DNA from: Ignavibacteriota bacterium
Lineage (GTDB): Bacteria > Bacteroidota > Ignavibacteria > UBA10030 > SZUA-254
NCBI GenBank assembly: GCA_963727845.1
Contig: CAVSHI010000006.1
Location: 3,935 to 67,934, forward strand
DNA length: 64,000 nt
Reading direction: 5' to 3'
Shown here in pieces: positions 1 through 10,506 of this stretch (positions are counted from its first letter, which is position 1; each line of letters begins with the position of its first letter). Both the position numbers and the translations under genes were made by a program. The notes under the pieces were generated by a model. The model had not been told where the DNA came from, did not search any database, and was given only the letters and a program-made list of their open reading frames with translations.

Positions 1-2243
1 CTTCGCTGGGGCTCTATGAGGTCAGACTCAATGGGGTGAAAGTCGGCGATCATGTCCTGGCGCCCGAATGGACCGATTATCAAAAACGCGTCCAGTATCA
101 AACATACGACGTCACCGGTTTGATCAATGAAGGAGAAAATGTTGTCTCGGCAATGCTTGCCGACGGATGGTACATCGGACCTGTTGGCACATTCGATGAC
201 ATCGTGACGGGACGCGGAAAAAACTACGGTTCAGTTGACCGAAAACTGCTTGTGCAATTAGAGATGGAAACAGCCGACGGTCGCGCGGAACAAGTGGTCT
301 CGGATAAAGGATGGCGCGTGTCTCCTGATAGTCCGGTACAGTCGGCCGATATCTACCTTGGCGAGATATTCGACAGCAGAAAGACGCCGCGCGGCTGGGA
401 GATGCCCGGTTATGATGATTCACGGTGGGAGCAGGCCGTAGTGTATCCGGCGCTATCGGCGCGCCGGGTTGCACAGTTGTATGAACCTATCCGTGTGGTG
501 GAAGAATTAAAACCGATCGCAATGACAGAACCCGCGAAGGGGACGTTCGTGTTTGATATGGGACAGAATATGGTCGGCTGGTGTGCGCTGAAGGTCGAGG
601 AACCACGCGGAAAAGAAATTACATTGCGGCACGGCGAAATGCTGGACGATACGGGCAAACTGTATACCGACAATCTCCGCCGGGCAAGCGCGACCGACCG
701 ATTTATCGCGGATGGCCGCGGCGTCCAGGTCTATGAGCCGCGTTTCACGTATCATGGTTTTCGGTACGTGGAGGTGACCGGTTTGAGCAAGAGACCGGAT
801 CTCAGCGCCCTCATCGGCAAGGAAGTCTCCTCCTCCGTCCGGGCCGCGGGCCATTTTGAATGCTCGAATCCGGGGCTCAATAAGCTCTGGAGCAATATTC
901 TCTGGACCCAGCGGAATAACCTCATCGGAATTCCGACCGATTGCCCGCAGAGGGATGAACGCCTCGGATGGATGGCCGATGCCCAGGTTTTTTCTCAGAC
1001 CGCAATATTCAATTGTAACATGCCGGCCTTCTTTACGAAATGGTCGCTGGATATCCGCGATGCTCAGAGCGACGAGGGTCAATATCCGGATGTTGCCCCT
1101 GAACCGCATGCGTTGAAATTCTTCGGCGCTCCGGCGTGGGCGGATGCCGGGGTCATCGTTCCGTGGAGGGTGTACGAGAATTACGGCGATGTCCGCATTC
1201 TCCAGGAGCATTATTCCTCCGCCAAACGATTCGTTGATTATCTTCATTCAAAAAATCCCGGCTTGATTCGCACGGAAGCAGTCGGCAACCAGTACGGCGA
1301 CTGGCTGAACGGGAATACGATCGTTTCGGAGGGCTACCCAAAAGACCACGGACAAGTCCCGCATGCCGTTTTCAATACAGTCTATTTCGCGGTTTCCGCC
1401 CGCCTCCTTTCGCAGATGGCAACGGTTTTGCACTACGATGATGACGCGAGGTTCTATGCGAAACTCACGGACGACATCCGGGATTCTCTTCTGAGCCATT
1501 TCGTCGGCAGCGACGGTGTTGTCACGGGCAACACCCAGGCCGGCTACGCGCTGATGCTGGGCTTCGACCTCCTCCCCGAGAATCTTCGTCCGAAGGCATT
1601 CGAGCATTTGTTGAAATGTGTCGAGGAGTACGACTCGCGCATGTCGACTGGATTTCTGTCGACAATCAAGATGATGGACGAGCTGGTGCGCGGGGGTCGC
1701 TCCGACGTCGCGTATCAGCTTCTGGAAAGCCATCGATTTCCTTCCTGGCTCTATCAGATTGACCAGGGTGCGACCACGATCTGGGAACGATGGGATGGGT
1801 ATGTGAAGGGACGTGGTTTCCAGGACCCGGGCATGAACTCATTCGACCATTATGCGATAGGGTCGGTCGGGGAATGGATGTATAAACACATCGCGGGGAT
1901 TCAATGGACTGACGAACACCCGGGGTACCGGGAATTCATCATCCATCCGCAAATCGGCGGCAGCCTGACGTGGGCGAACGGCGCCTACTCCTCGGTCAAC
2001 GGTGAGATCGTCAGTCGATGGAAACTCGAGGGCGGCGTATTGCATCTTCATGTTGAGATACCTCCGAATACCGTTGCCCGTATTTATGTACCGGCCAGGG
2101 AAGTAAGTTCCGTCAAAGAAAGTGGGAAGATACTCGAAAATGCTCCGGGCGTAAAATTCTTGAAAATGGAAGGACCGGCTGCTGTGTGTGAGGCCGGATC
2201 CGGAGTTTATGATTTCACGTCCGATTATGGGAAAGATAAGTAG
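1..2243 (+). CDS. alpha-L-rhamnosidase, GH78 family; the 5' end is cut by the window edge
   Basis: The reading frame stays open to position 1. The conserved GH78 catalytic-domain motif DCPQRDERLGWMADAQVF is present. The N-terminal region matches the rhamnosidase N-domain (LYEVRLNGVKVGDHVLAPEWTDY). Confidence 0.85.
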   Translation, partial: SLGLYEVRLNGVKVGDHVLAPEWTDYQKRVQYQTYDVTGLINEGENVVSAMLADGWYIGPVGTFDDIVTGRGKNYGSVDRKLLVQLEMETADGRAEQVVSDKGWRVSPDSPVQSADIYLGEIFDSRKTPRGWEMPGYDDSRWEQAVVYPALSARRVAQLYEPIRVVEELKPIAMTEPAKGTFVFDMGQNMVGWCALKVEEPRGKEITLRHGEMLDDTGKLYTDNLRRASATDRFIADGRGVQVYEPRFTYHGFRYVEVTGLSKRPDLSALIGKEVSSSVRAAGHFECSNPGLNKLWSNILWTQRNNLIGIPTDCPQRDERLGWMADAQVFSQTAIFNCNMPAFFTKWSLDIRDAQSDEGQYPDVAPEPHALKFFGAPAWADAGVIVPWRVYENYGDVRILQEHYSSAKRFVDYLHSKNPGLIRTEAVGNQYGDWLNGNTIVSEGYPKDHGQVPHAVFNTVYFAVSARLLSQMATVLHYDDDARFYAKLTDDIRDSLLSHFVGSDGVVTGNTQAGYALMLGFDLLPENLRPKAFEHLLKCVEEYDSRMSTGFLSTIKMMDELVRGGRSDVAYQLLESHRFPSWLYQIDQGATTIWERWDGYVKGRGFQDPGMNSFDHYAIGSVGEWMYKHIAGIQWTDEHPGYREFIIHPQIGGSLTWANGAYSSVNGEIVSRWKLEGGVLHLHVEIPPNTVARIYVPAREVSSVKESGKILENAPGVKFLKMEGPAAVCEAGSGVYDFTSDYGKDK

Positions 2244-2256
2244 GAGGGAAATTCTC

Positions 2257-5200
2257 GTGGCTTCGGAAATGTTGGTGAAGCCGAAGAGGTGGCTCATCTT
2301 TGCGGCGATGATCTGCATTTCTGTTCGCATCGTCGTGGTGCAGAAATTGTTTGCGCAGGAGCTGAAATACACCGTCTCCGCGACGGGCTGGAATTCCGAT
2401 TCCCTCGGTAACCACCGGGCCGTCGTGCATGTCGATACTGCCGGTCGTGCGAATAGCGTGCTCATCCCGTGGAGAAGAAGGGATGGCAGGCCGGAGGATA
2501 AGAATATCATTGTGGAGGACGCGCGCACACATCGGCGGGTGATGAACGTGAAGAGGGATGTGGTCAACCGTGAATTCGGCAAACTTCTGTTCGAGCCGGC
2601 TTCCGGCGCCGGGGACTATTATGTTTACTACATGCCGTACAAATCCAACGGCAGGTCTAGTTATCCGAACAATACGTATCCGAAGCCGGAGCAAACCGCC
2701 GATTCAGCATGGCTTCAGACTGTGGAACGAACCCCGGTCATTCCGGAGGCTTCTGTTGTGGAGATTCAGTCCATCGATGAATTCAATACCTTCTATCCAA
2801 TGGAGGTGATTGCCACCGAGGCGGAAACGCGGGATATCATACAGAAAAATGCGGGTAAGACCTTTGTGGTCTTCCCGGAAGACCGGCTGCATCCCATCAA
2901 AATGACGGAGGATCTGCCACAGCGGTGGATTCCTGAGGGGAACAGAAATTCTTTTTCGGGAGAGGCGCATCGGGGTGAGTACTTTGCCTTTCAGCTTGGC
3001 GTGTATGCCATCCAGGGTCCATGCGATGTGAATATCGAATTTTCGGACCTTGTGTCTCCCTCGGGGAAATCAATTCCAGCGGATTCCATTTCTTGCATCA
3101 ATCTGCGAGGGATCAATTGGAACGGAGAGCCGGTGGCGATAACAATGAACATCCCTCAGAACCGTGTGCAAGCCCTCTGGTGCGGTATCGATGTCCCGCA
3201 GAATATGGAAGCCGGGGTGTACAATGGCATTGTAACCGTCGGCGCCAAAGACAGGGAACCGCAGCGTATCGATTTTACGCTCATAGTTAATGATACGTTG
3301 GCTGTCAACGGCGGCGTGGACGAGCCGTGGAAGCAGACCCGGTTGAAGTGGCTCAACTCGACACTCGCTCAAAAGAACGACGTGATTGCACCGTATACTC
3401 CGTTGATTCTCAAGAAAAGCGCTATCAGCTTGTTGGGAAGGGAAGTGCTCCTCAACAATGATGGATTCCCGAAGCAGATGCAGACCTTCTTCACTCCTGA
3501 GATGACCTCCATCTCGAAAAAACCGAAGAACATCCTCCGGAGGCCGATGGGAATCGTCATCGAAGATGAAAGCGGCATTCCCGTCAGATGGAAGATGGAA
3601 GGATTGAAATTCGTGCGGGTTGATTCCGGGACAATATCATGGACGGCGGTCAATACGTCGGCCGCGTTCCGGATGGACGTGCACGCCTCGTTGGAATTTG
3701 ACGGCTTTGTCTCGTACACTGTTGCGGTAACGGCTCTGAAGGATGTCGCAGTGAACGACATCCGGATGATCATCCCGATGAATCCGGACGCGGCGAAATA
3801 CATGATGGGATTAGGGCAAAAGGGTGGATTCCGCCCTGAAAGGTTCGAATGGGTGTGGGATGTCGCGCACAAGAATCAGGATGGCGCATGGATCGGGGGT
3901 GTCAATGCGGGTTTGCTCTATTCGCTTCGGGCTGAAAACTACTCCCGCCCGCTCAATACAAATTTCTATCTGCAGAAGCCGCTCAACCTCCCTCCTTCCT
4001 GGGGAAACGACGGTAGGGGTGGAATTCGTATTGCTCCGGAAGGAAACACGGTGACCGTCGACAATTATAGCGGTTCGCGTCAAATGAAGAAAGGTGAGAT
4101 ACTCCATTATGATTTCACTCTTCTCATCACTCCGTTCCATGCAATCAACACGGATTTCCAGTGGAGTAACCGCTTTTACCATAAGTACAGTCCGATCGAT
4201 ACCGTGATCGCGAATGGTGCGAATATCATCAACATCCACCATGCGACAAAAATCAATCCGTATATCAACTACCCGTTCATCGCCTACTGGGAGATGAAGG
4301 AGTACATCGATGAGGCGCACCGGAAGGGGCTGAAAGTAAAAATCTACAATACCGTCCGTGAATTGTCGAACAGAACGTACGAGCTGTTCCCTCTCCGCAG
4401 TCTAGGCCATGAAATTTATTCGTCCGGACGCGGCGGCGGTTTTTCATGGCTGCAGGAGCATCTTGGGGATGATTATATCCCGGCGTGGTTTGTGCCGGAG
4501 CTGAAGGACGCTGCCGTTGTCAACAGCGGCATGAGCCGGTGGCATAATTACTACGTCGAAGGCATGAACTGGCTGGTTCAGAACGTCGGCATCGACGGGC
4601 TGTACCTCGACGATGTGGCATTCGATCGCACCACGATGAAGCGCATTAAGAGAGTGCTCACCCGGGACGGACATCCCGGTATCATCGACCTTCATTCCGC
4701 GAACCAGTACAACAAGAACGACGGATTCATTAACAGCGCATGTCTCTACATGGAACATTTTCCGTATCTCAACCGGCTGTGGTTCGGCGAGTATTTCGAC
4801 TACGAGAACAATCCACCGGAATTTTTCCTGACTGAAGTGAGCGGCATCCCGTTCGGCCTTATGGGTGAGATGCTCCAAGGAGGCGGCAATCCGTGGCGCG
4901 GCATGGTGTACGGGATGACGAACCGCATGCCGTGGACCGAAAACAGCAATCCGCGGCCGATCTGGAAAGTATGGAATGATTTCGGCATGACGAATTCGCA
5001 GATGATCGGCTACTGGGTGGAGAACAATCCGGTTACGACGGATAGCAGGGACGTGCCGGTGACAGTCTACAAAAAGAAAGGCAAGGTGTTGATAGCGCTG
5101 GCGAGCTGGGCGAACCAAGACGTTGTCGTGAAATTGCGGATCAACTGGAAAGCCCTTGGCCTGCACTCCAATCGCGCGAAATTGTCCGCGCCGGCGGTGG

Positions 5201-5292
5201 AATCATTCCAACCGGCGTTTACGATAGCACCGACGGACACGTTCACTGTTCCCAAAGGAAAAGGATTCCTCCTGATACTGAGTGAATTATGA
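2257..5292 (+). CDS. secreted hypothetical protein of about 1010 aa with a TIM-barrel glycoside-hydrolase-like C-terminal half; family unassigned, possibly DUF4091/GH123-related
   Basis: It is the long ORF 2188-5292. An AGGAGG sequence lies 10 nt upstream of GTG 2257, and ATG 2269 is an alternative start. The N-terminus is hydrophobic and signal-like (WLIFAAMICISV). The C-terminal half has GH-like segments (GIDGLYLDDVAFDRTTMKRIKRVL). It sits between GH78 and GH27 genes. Confidence 0.5.
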   Translation: MASEMLVKPKRWLIFAAMICISVRIVVVQKLFAQELKYTVSATGWNSDSLGNHRAVVHVDTAGRANSVLIPWRRRDGRPEDKNIIVEDARTHRRVMNVKRDVVNREFGKLLFEPASGAGDYYVYYMPYKSNGRSSYPNNTYPKPEQTADSAWLQTVERTPVIPEASVVEIQSIDEFNTFYPMEVIATEAETRDIIQKNAGKTFVVFPEDRLHPIKMTEDLPQRWIPEGNRNSFSGEAHRGEYFAFQLGVYAIQGPCDVNIEFSDLVSPSGKSIPADSISCINLRGINWNGEPVAITMNIPQNRVQALWCGIDVPQNMEAGVYNGIVTVGAKDREPQRIDFTLIVNDTLAVNGGVDEPWKQTRLKWLNSTLAQKNDVIAPYTPLILKKSAISLLGREVLLNNDGFPKQMQTFFTPEMTSISKKPKNILRRPMGIVIEDESGIPVRWKMEGLKFVRVDSGTISWTAVNTSAAFRMDVHASLEFDGFVSYTVAVTALKDVAVNDIRMIIPMNPDAAKYMMGLGQKGGFRPERFEWVWDVAHKNQDGAWIGGVNAGLLYSLRAENYSRPLNTNFYLQKPLNLPPSWGNDGRGGIRIAPEGNTVTVDNYSGSRQMKKGEILHYDFTLLITPFHAINTDFQWSNRFYHKYSPIDTVIANGANIINIHHATKINPYINYPFIAYWEMKEYIDEAHRKGLKVKIYNTVRELSNRTYELFPLRSLGHEIYSSGRGGGFSWLQEHLGDDYIPAWFVPELKDAAVVNSGMSRWHNYYVEGMNWLVQNVGIDGLYLDDVAFDRTTMKRIKRVLTRDGHPGIIDLHSANQYNKNDGFINSACLYMEHFPYLNRLWFGEYFDYENNPPEFFLTEVSGIPFGLMGEMLQGGGNPWRGMVYGMTNRMPWTENSNPRPIWKVWNDFGMTNSQMIGYWVENNPVTTDSRDVPVTVYKKKGKVLIALASWANQDVVVKLRINWKALGLHSNRAKLSAPAVESFQPAFTIAPTDTFTVPKGKGFLLILSEL

Positions 5293-8200
5293 CAAAAAGA
5301 ACCAGGTTGTTCGCATCGTTTCTTCTCGCTGTTCCATTACTATCATTCTCCCAGAACAATCCCGCCACTGTCAGAGAATACACGAAGACGTTTGTCACCT
5401 ATCCTTTCTCCGACCCTGATCCGGTTCCGGTTGTGGGACTGATTTATCCGTACTACCGGTTCGACATGTTTACCGACAAGCCGTTGAACAAGGAATGGAA
5501 GGTGGTGGAACTTGAAAACGACTATCTCAAAGTGATGATCCTGCCGGAAATCGGCGGGAAAATCTGGGCAGCCATCGAGAAGACCACCGGGAAATCGTTC
5601 ATCTATTACAATCATGTCGTCAAGTTCAGAGATATCGCCATGCGGGGACCGTGGACGAGCGGAGGCATCGAACCGAATTACGGAATCATCGGCCATACGC
5701 CGAACTGCGCGACCCCGGTTGATTACATCACGATAAAGAACGACGACGGAAGCGTGAGCTGCGTTATCGGAGCGCTGGACTTATTGACGAGGACGCCGTG
5801 GAGGCTGGAGATTAATTTGCCGAAAGACAAGGCGTATTTCACCACAACGTCATTCTGGTTCAACGCCACGCCCCTGGAGCAACCGTATTATACGTGGATG
5901 AACGCCGGAATCAAGGCAAAAGGAAATCTGCAGCTTGTCTATCCGGGCACGCATTACCTCGGACACGGAGGCGAATTCAAAGAGTGGAACATCAACAAAG
6001 AGAACGGCAAGGATATCTCATTCTATGAAAACAATGACTTCGGTGGACCAAAATCGTACCACGTGTTCGGCACGTACACCGATTTCTACGGGGCGTACTG
6101 GCATGATGATGATTTCGGGATGGGCCGGTATGCCGCCCACGATGAGAAGCCCGGGAAAAAGATCTGGATCTGGGGGCTTTCGCAACAGGGGATGATCTGG
6201 GAAAAATTACTCACGGACGATGACGGCCAGTATGTGGAAGTCCAGTCGGGAAGATTGTTCAACCAGTCGGCCGGCAGCAGTACCTTTACGCCATTCAAGC
6301 ACCGGGAGTTTGGCCCCTTCGCGACCGAGCGGTGGACTGAATACTGGTTTCCGGTGAAGGAGACCAAAGGATACGTGAAGGCAAACCCCTACGGAGCGCT
6401 GAACGTCCGGCGGGATTCCGGTATCGTCAAAATCGCTTTCTGTCCGCTGCAATACATCGAGGATTCGTTGACCGTTTTTGATAATGACAAAATCGTCTAT
6501 TCGAAGTTGCTGCGGTTGCATCCGCTGGAAACATTTGCCGACGAGGTTCATCAGGATGTGACACCGGAACGGTTAAGAATTACTCTGGGCGATAATAAAC
6601 TTATGTATAATGGCGACCCAAACGCGGATACTCTGGCGCGTCCCCTTGAGACGCCGAAAGACTTTGACTGGAACTCCGCTTACGGGCTATACATACAGGG
6701 AAAAGAGTACGCCAGGCAAAGGTTGTACGCAGAAGCCCGGGAAAAACTTGACGCCTGTCTGCAGAAAGACCGGAACTACCTTCCTGCACTGACGGAAATG
6801 TCGATGCTTCTGTACCGGGACATGGAGTATGCGGGAGCGCTGGATTACGCGCGAAGGGCCTTAAGGATCGACACATACGACGGCGCGGCAAACTACTGTT
6901 ATGGGCTGTCCAATCTGAAACTCGGAAATGTGACCGACGCGAAGGACGGCTTTGACATCGCATCTGCCTCGGTGGAATATCGCAGCGCTGCGTACACCGA
7001 ACTGAGCAAGATCTATCTTAAGGAAAAAAATCTTGAACGAGCGATCCACTACGCCGATAGGAGCCTGGAATATAGCTCCAACAACCTCGATGCCTTGCAG
7101 GTGCTGGCGGTTGTCTACCGGATGCAGAATAATCATGATAAAGCGACGGAGACCTTGAGCAAGATGCTGTCGCTCGACCCCCTTAATCACTTTGCGCACT
7201 GCGAAAAGTATTTGTGGACAGAGCAAGAAACCGACCGGAATGCCTTCACGTCGCTTGTCAGGAATGAAATGCCGGATGAAACATTCCTGGAGCTTGCCAT
7301 CTGGTACTATGACGTTGACTGCCTGAGAGAATGTGAAAAAGTCCTCGCGCTTGACGCACATAACCCCGAGATGCTGTACTGGATGGCGTTCGTGTTGAAT
7401 AAACTCCATGATCCATCGTATGCTGTCCAGCTAAAGAATGCAGATGATGCGTCTCCGGATCTCGTCTTTCCATTTCGTCCCGAAACAGCGGATGTGCTAC
7501 GGTGGGCCGTCGGAAACGACGATCGTTGGCAACCTAAATACTATCTCGGGCTGATTTACTGGAGCATGAATAATAAAGAGAAGACAAAACTACTGTTCTC
7601 GCAGTGCGGGATGTCGCCCGGATACGCGCCATTTTACGCCGCCAGAGCAGAAGTCTTCAAAGGTGAAGAACAGTATATTTTAGATTTGCGGCACGCAGCG
7701 AAATTGGACGGCAAACAGTGGCGCTACGGGCGCATGCTGGCAAATTACAGCATTGAAAGAAAACACTTCGACGAAGCATTGAAGATCGCAGACCAGTATT
7801 ACCATATGTCTCCCGACAACTATATCATGGGGATGCTGTACGCAAAGGCGCTTCTGCTCAACGGGAAATATGAACAGTGCGTCCGGCTCCTCGGCAAGCT
7901 GGACATCCTGCCATACGAGGGTGCGATCGATGGACGGCTCCTGTACAGAGAATCGAAATTGATGCTCGCGCTCCAGCGCATGCAATCAAAGAGTTTTCGG
8001 GAAGCGCTGCACGAGGTTGATGACGCCCGGCTCTGGCCGGAGAATCTGGGTGTTGGGAAACCGTATCCGCAGGACGTTGATGAACGATTGGAAGATTGGC
8101 TCGCGCTGAAGTGTTACGAACGGCAGAACGCGTCCAGTGAAAGCGACAGTCTTATGAAGAAAATAATTTCGACGGGGAATAACGGATATGGGACGGGGAC

Positions 8201-8405
8201 CCTTGTTTCTGCCTGGGCGCTTCAGTGGGCCGGCCGGCAAACGGACGCTGAAAATCTCTTCAAAGCATGGCTGGCCGCAGAACCGGAGAGCGGGTTGGCA
8301 AAGTGGTGCCTGGCTGCGTTCAAAGGAGACAGCGGGCAATTCTCGGGTGACGTGTCCGGCGATGAGGGTTTCAGAGTCCTGAAGGAATTGCTGTCAATTC
8401 ATTGA
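5289..8405 (+). CDS. secreted DUF5107-like protein with C-terminal TPR repeats
   Basis: Its ATGA start overlaps the stop of the upstream gene. It has a signal peptide (MTKRTRLFASFLLAVPLLSFSQN). The C-terminal third has TPR-like 34-residue repeats (YARQRLYAEAREKLDACLQKD...). Size and context match the DUF5107 proteins found in glycan-utilisation loci. Confidence 0.55.
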   Translation: MTKRTRLFASFLLAVPLLSFSQNNPATVREYTKTFVTYPFSDPDPVPVVGLIYPYYRFDMFTDKPLNKEWKVVELENDYLKVMILPEIGGKIWAAIEKTTGKSFIYYNHVVKFRDIAMRGPWTSGGIEPNYGIIGHTPNCATPVDYITIKNDDGSVSCVIGALDLLTRTPWRLEINLPKDKAYFTTTSFWFNATPLEQPYYTWMNAGIKAKGNLQLVYPGTHYLGHGGEFKEWNINKENGKDISFYENNDFGGPKSYHVFGTYTDFYGAYWHDDDFGMGRYAAHDEKPGKKIWIWGLSQQGMIWEKLLTDDDGQYVEVQSGRLFNQSAGSSTFTPFKHREFGPFATERWTEYWFPVKETKGYVKANPYGALNVRRDSGIVKIAFCPLQYIEDSLTVFDNDKIVYSKLLRLHPLETFADEVHQDVTPERLRITLGDNKLMYNGDPNADTLARPLETPKDFDWNSAYGLYIQGKEYARQRLYAEAREKLDACLQKDRNYLPALTEMSMLLYRDMEYAGALDYARRALRIDTYDGAANYCYGLSNLKLGNVTDAKDGFDIASASVEYRSAAYTELSKIYLKEKNLERAIHYADRSLEYSSNNLDALQVLAVVYRMQNNHDKATETLSKMLSLDPLNHFAHCEKYLWTEQETDRNAFTSLVRNEMPDETFLELAIWYYDVDCLRECEKVLALDAHNPEMLYWMAFVLNKLHDPSYAVQLKNADDASPDLVFPFRPETADVLRWAVGNDDRWQPKYYLGLIYWSMNNKEKTKLLFSQCGMSPGYAPFYAARAEVFKGEEQYILDLRHAAKLDGKQWRYGRMLANYSIERKHFDEALKIADQYYHMSPDNYIMGMLYAKALLLNGKYEQCVRLLGKLDILPYEGAIDGRLLYRESKLMLALQRMQSKSFREALHEVDDARLWPENLGVGKPYPQDVDERLEDWLALKCYERQNASSESDSLMKKIISTGNNGYGTGTLVSAWALQWAGRQTDAENLFKAWLAAEPESGLAKWCLAAFKGDSGQFSGDVSGDEGFRVLKELLSIH

Positions 8406-8630
8406 GTCAGGTGACGCAGAAGCATCATTCTTAGTGAAAAATTCCAAATCGGAATTCCTAAGACCCAAACAAATCTCAAATCCGAATATCGAAATCCTAA
8501 TCCAACATGTTACCCAGCATAACAAGCCTTTTGGCGCAGGATTTTGGAGATCTAACATCGTTTTGCGTAACGTCAGTCAATTAAATCTTCCAAAGAATTA
8601 GTTCATCGCTTGTTTGATGGAAAGTTGCTC

Positions 8631-10320
8631 ATGAAACGCATCGTTTTGATCGCCCTGATGTGTTGTGTTCTCTTCGGTTGTCTCGAAGCCCGGATTCGCC
8701 GTGAGGGAGAAATCAAGGCTGGATTGTTCGACGAACTGACGGAGCTGTATCCCGATACACGAATGCAGCAACCCGTAAAATCCCTTTCCGTTGACGCAGC
8801 CCGGGGAACAATCGCGGGAGTCCATCTCTTGATTACGGGGCTGAGCCGGAAAGCAACTGTGAGTTTCCGGGTGACCGACAGCAGCGGAACGCCGATGCAC
8901 GATGCCCGGTGGTACCGGATGATCGATGTTTTTGTGGGAGAGAACACTGGTCTCGACCTGGGCCACTGAAAAATTCAGCGGAATGATAAATCCTTACGTG
9001 ATCCGCCGGGCGCCTTTCAGAATTTATGACGCTCTCGATCCGATCGTGCCGCCTCTGGAGGTCGATTCCGGGACGACCGCCATACGACTGGAAGTGCCCG
9101 TCGATTCAACTCTCAAACCGGGAGAGTATTCCTACAAAATCCGGGTTGACGTGGGCAGCGAGACCGAAATGTTTGATTTCAACGTGCATGTCCATCGGGC
9201 TACGGTTCCGCCGGTTAGCCGGTCGACAATTTCCTACATAAACTGGATGAACCTGGACAACGTTTGCAAAGATCATGCAGTGGAAAAGTGGAGCGAACCG
9301 TTCTGGAATATGATGAGAAAGTATGCCGGTCTGATGGCCCGGGGACGCCAGAACACTTTCTGGTTCTTATGGCAGGATTTTTTTACATTTGACACATCGG
9401 GGACAATCGCCGAGTTCCGCAGGGACCGGCTGGAGAGGTTCATCCGCACGTTTCTTGATGCCGGATTCCGAACAATTCATGGCGCGCCGATTGCCCGACG
9501 GAAGGATTGGTTGTCGAATGATATGTTGTTGACGGTGAACCTCCCCGACGGAAAAGAAATTCCGGCCGTTTCAGACAAAGGCAAACGCATGATACTGGAA
9601 ATGGCCGGACGTATTGTCGCCATGATGAAAGAGAATCAATGGGATAACCGCTGGCTGCAGGGGATCTTTGATGAACCGACTGACGAGTTTGTGGATCGCT
9701 ACAAAGAAATAGTGGCGCTTCTGCGAGGAGCAAAACCGGACCTCGCCATCCTTGAGGCCACGATGACTGTCAAATTGAGCGGCTCAATTAATGTGTGGTG
9801 TCCCCAGGTGCAGGAATACCAGGCGCAACGCGAGTTCTTTGACCGGCGCAAAGCATCCGGAGACAGGGTGTGGGTATACACGTGCCTTGCGCCGGGCGGA
9901 CCCTGGCTCAACCGTTTATGCGACGAGGAACGTCTGCGGCAGGTGTACATCGGATGGGCGTGCGCAAAATTTGACCTGCAGGGATTCCTCCATTGGGGAC
10001 TCAATTTCCACGGCGACAAACCTTTCGAGGAACTCGTGAGATTTCATGCAGCGCCAAATACATTCCTGCCGGCAGGGGATTCCCACATCCTGTACCCCGG
10101 GAAAGACGGGCCGCTGTCGAGTCAGAGGTTCGAGGCGCATCGGATCGGGATGGAGGACTATGAACTCCTTGCCCAGCTGAAAGCTCGTGACACAGCGAAA
10201 GCACTCCTGATAATTGATAAGATTTTCCAGTCCTTTGACCGGTACAACAAGAATGTTGACGAATACCGGAGAGCAAAGGCTGTCCTGCTCGAATCGGTTG
10301 ATGCTTTTTCAGCCGAATAG
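8631..10320 (+). CDS. DUF4091/GH123-like lipoprotein, interrupted by an apparent +1 frameshift; it is spread across ORFs 8610-8969 and 8926-10320
   Basis: ATG 8631 starts a lipoprotein signal (MKRIVLIALMCCVLFGC). The two ORFs overlap by 44 nt in adjacent frames at a T5 run (8929-8933). The downstream frame carries a DUF4091-like C-terminus (TCLAPGGPWLNRLCDEERLRQVYIGWACAKFDLQGFLHWGLNFHGD). Confidence 0.5.
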
Positions 10321-10435
10321 GTTCGCGTCGTTGATAACCGCGCGCCGACCGATGGAGGTATCGCCGGATCGAGGGAAAAAGAAACATTAGTGTTTGGATA
10401 TTCGAAATTATGACATCGGAAAAATATAGAGGCTT

Positions 10436-10506
10436 GTCATTCTGAGGAGCGAAGCGACGAAGAATCTCATCCCGGTTTTGTCAGATCCTTCGCTCCGCTC
10501 AGGATG
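10436..10506. repeat. palindromic hairpin-pair repeat, family A copy 1 (unit GTCATnnTGAG..GAGCGAAG..AnnATCTC); its second arm is cut by the IS insertion and resumes at 11594
   Basis: The two arms are gtcattctgaggagcgaagcgacgaagaatctc and, inverted, gatccttcgctccgctcaggatg(ac). The same unit recurs at 15841-15911. Confidence 0.7.

Noticed and set aside
507-1247. Long antisense ORFs inside confidently called genes, for example 507-1247, 4444-5166, 12025-12945, 27344-28141, 38306-39223, 58755-59624 and 59631-60233
   Set aside because: They lie wholly inside well-supported CDSs on the opposite strand and show no recognisable domains. Arg/Pro-rich shadow frames of this kind are typical of GC-rich coding DNA.
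8610-8630. TTG start at 8610 for the lipoprotein ORF; likewise TTG 14411 for the ArsR gene, TTG 36253 for the SurA-like gene and ATG 42534 for the malE-like gene
   Set aside because: Downstream in-frame starts (ATG 8631, ATG 14456, ATG 36274, TTG 42645) give canonical signal or lipoprotein N-termini or avoid overlap with upstream genes.
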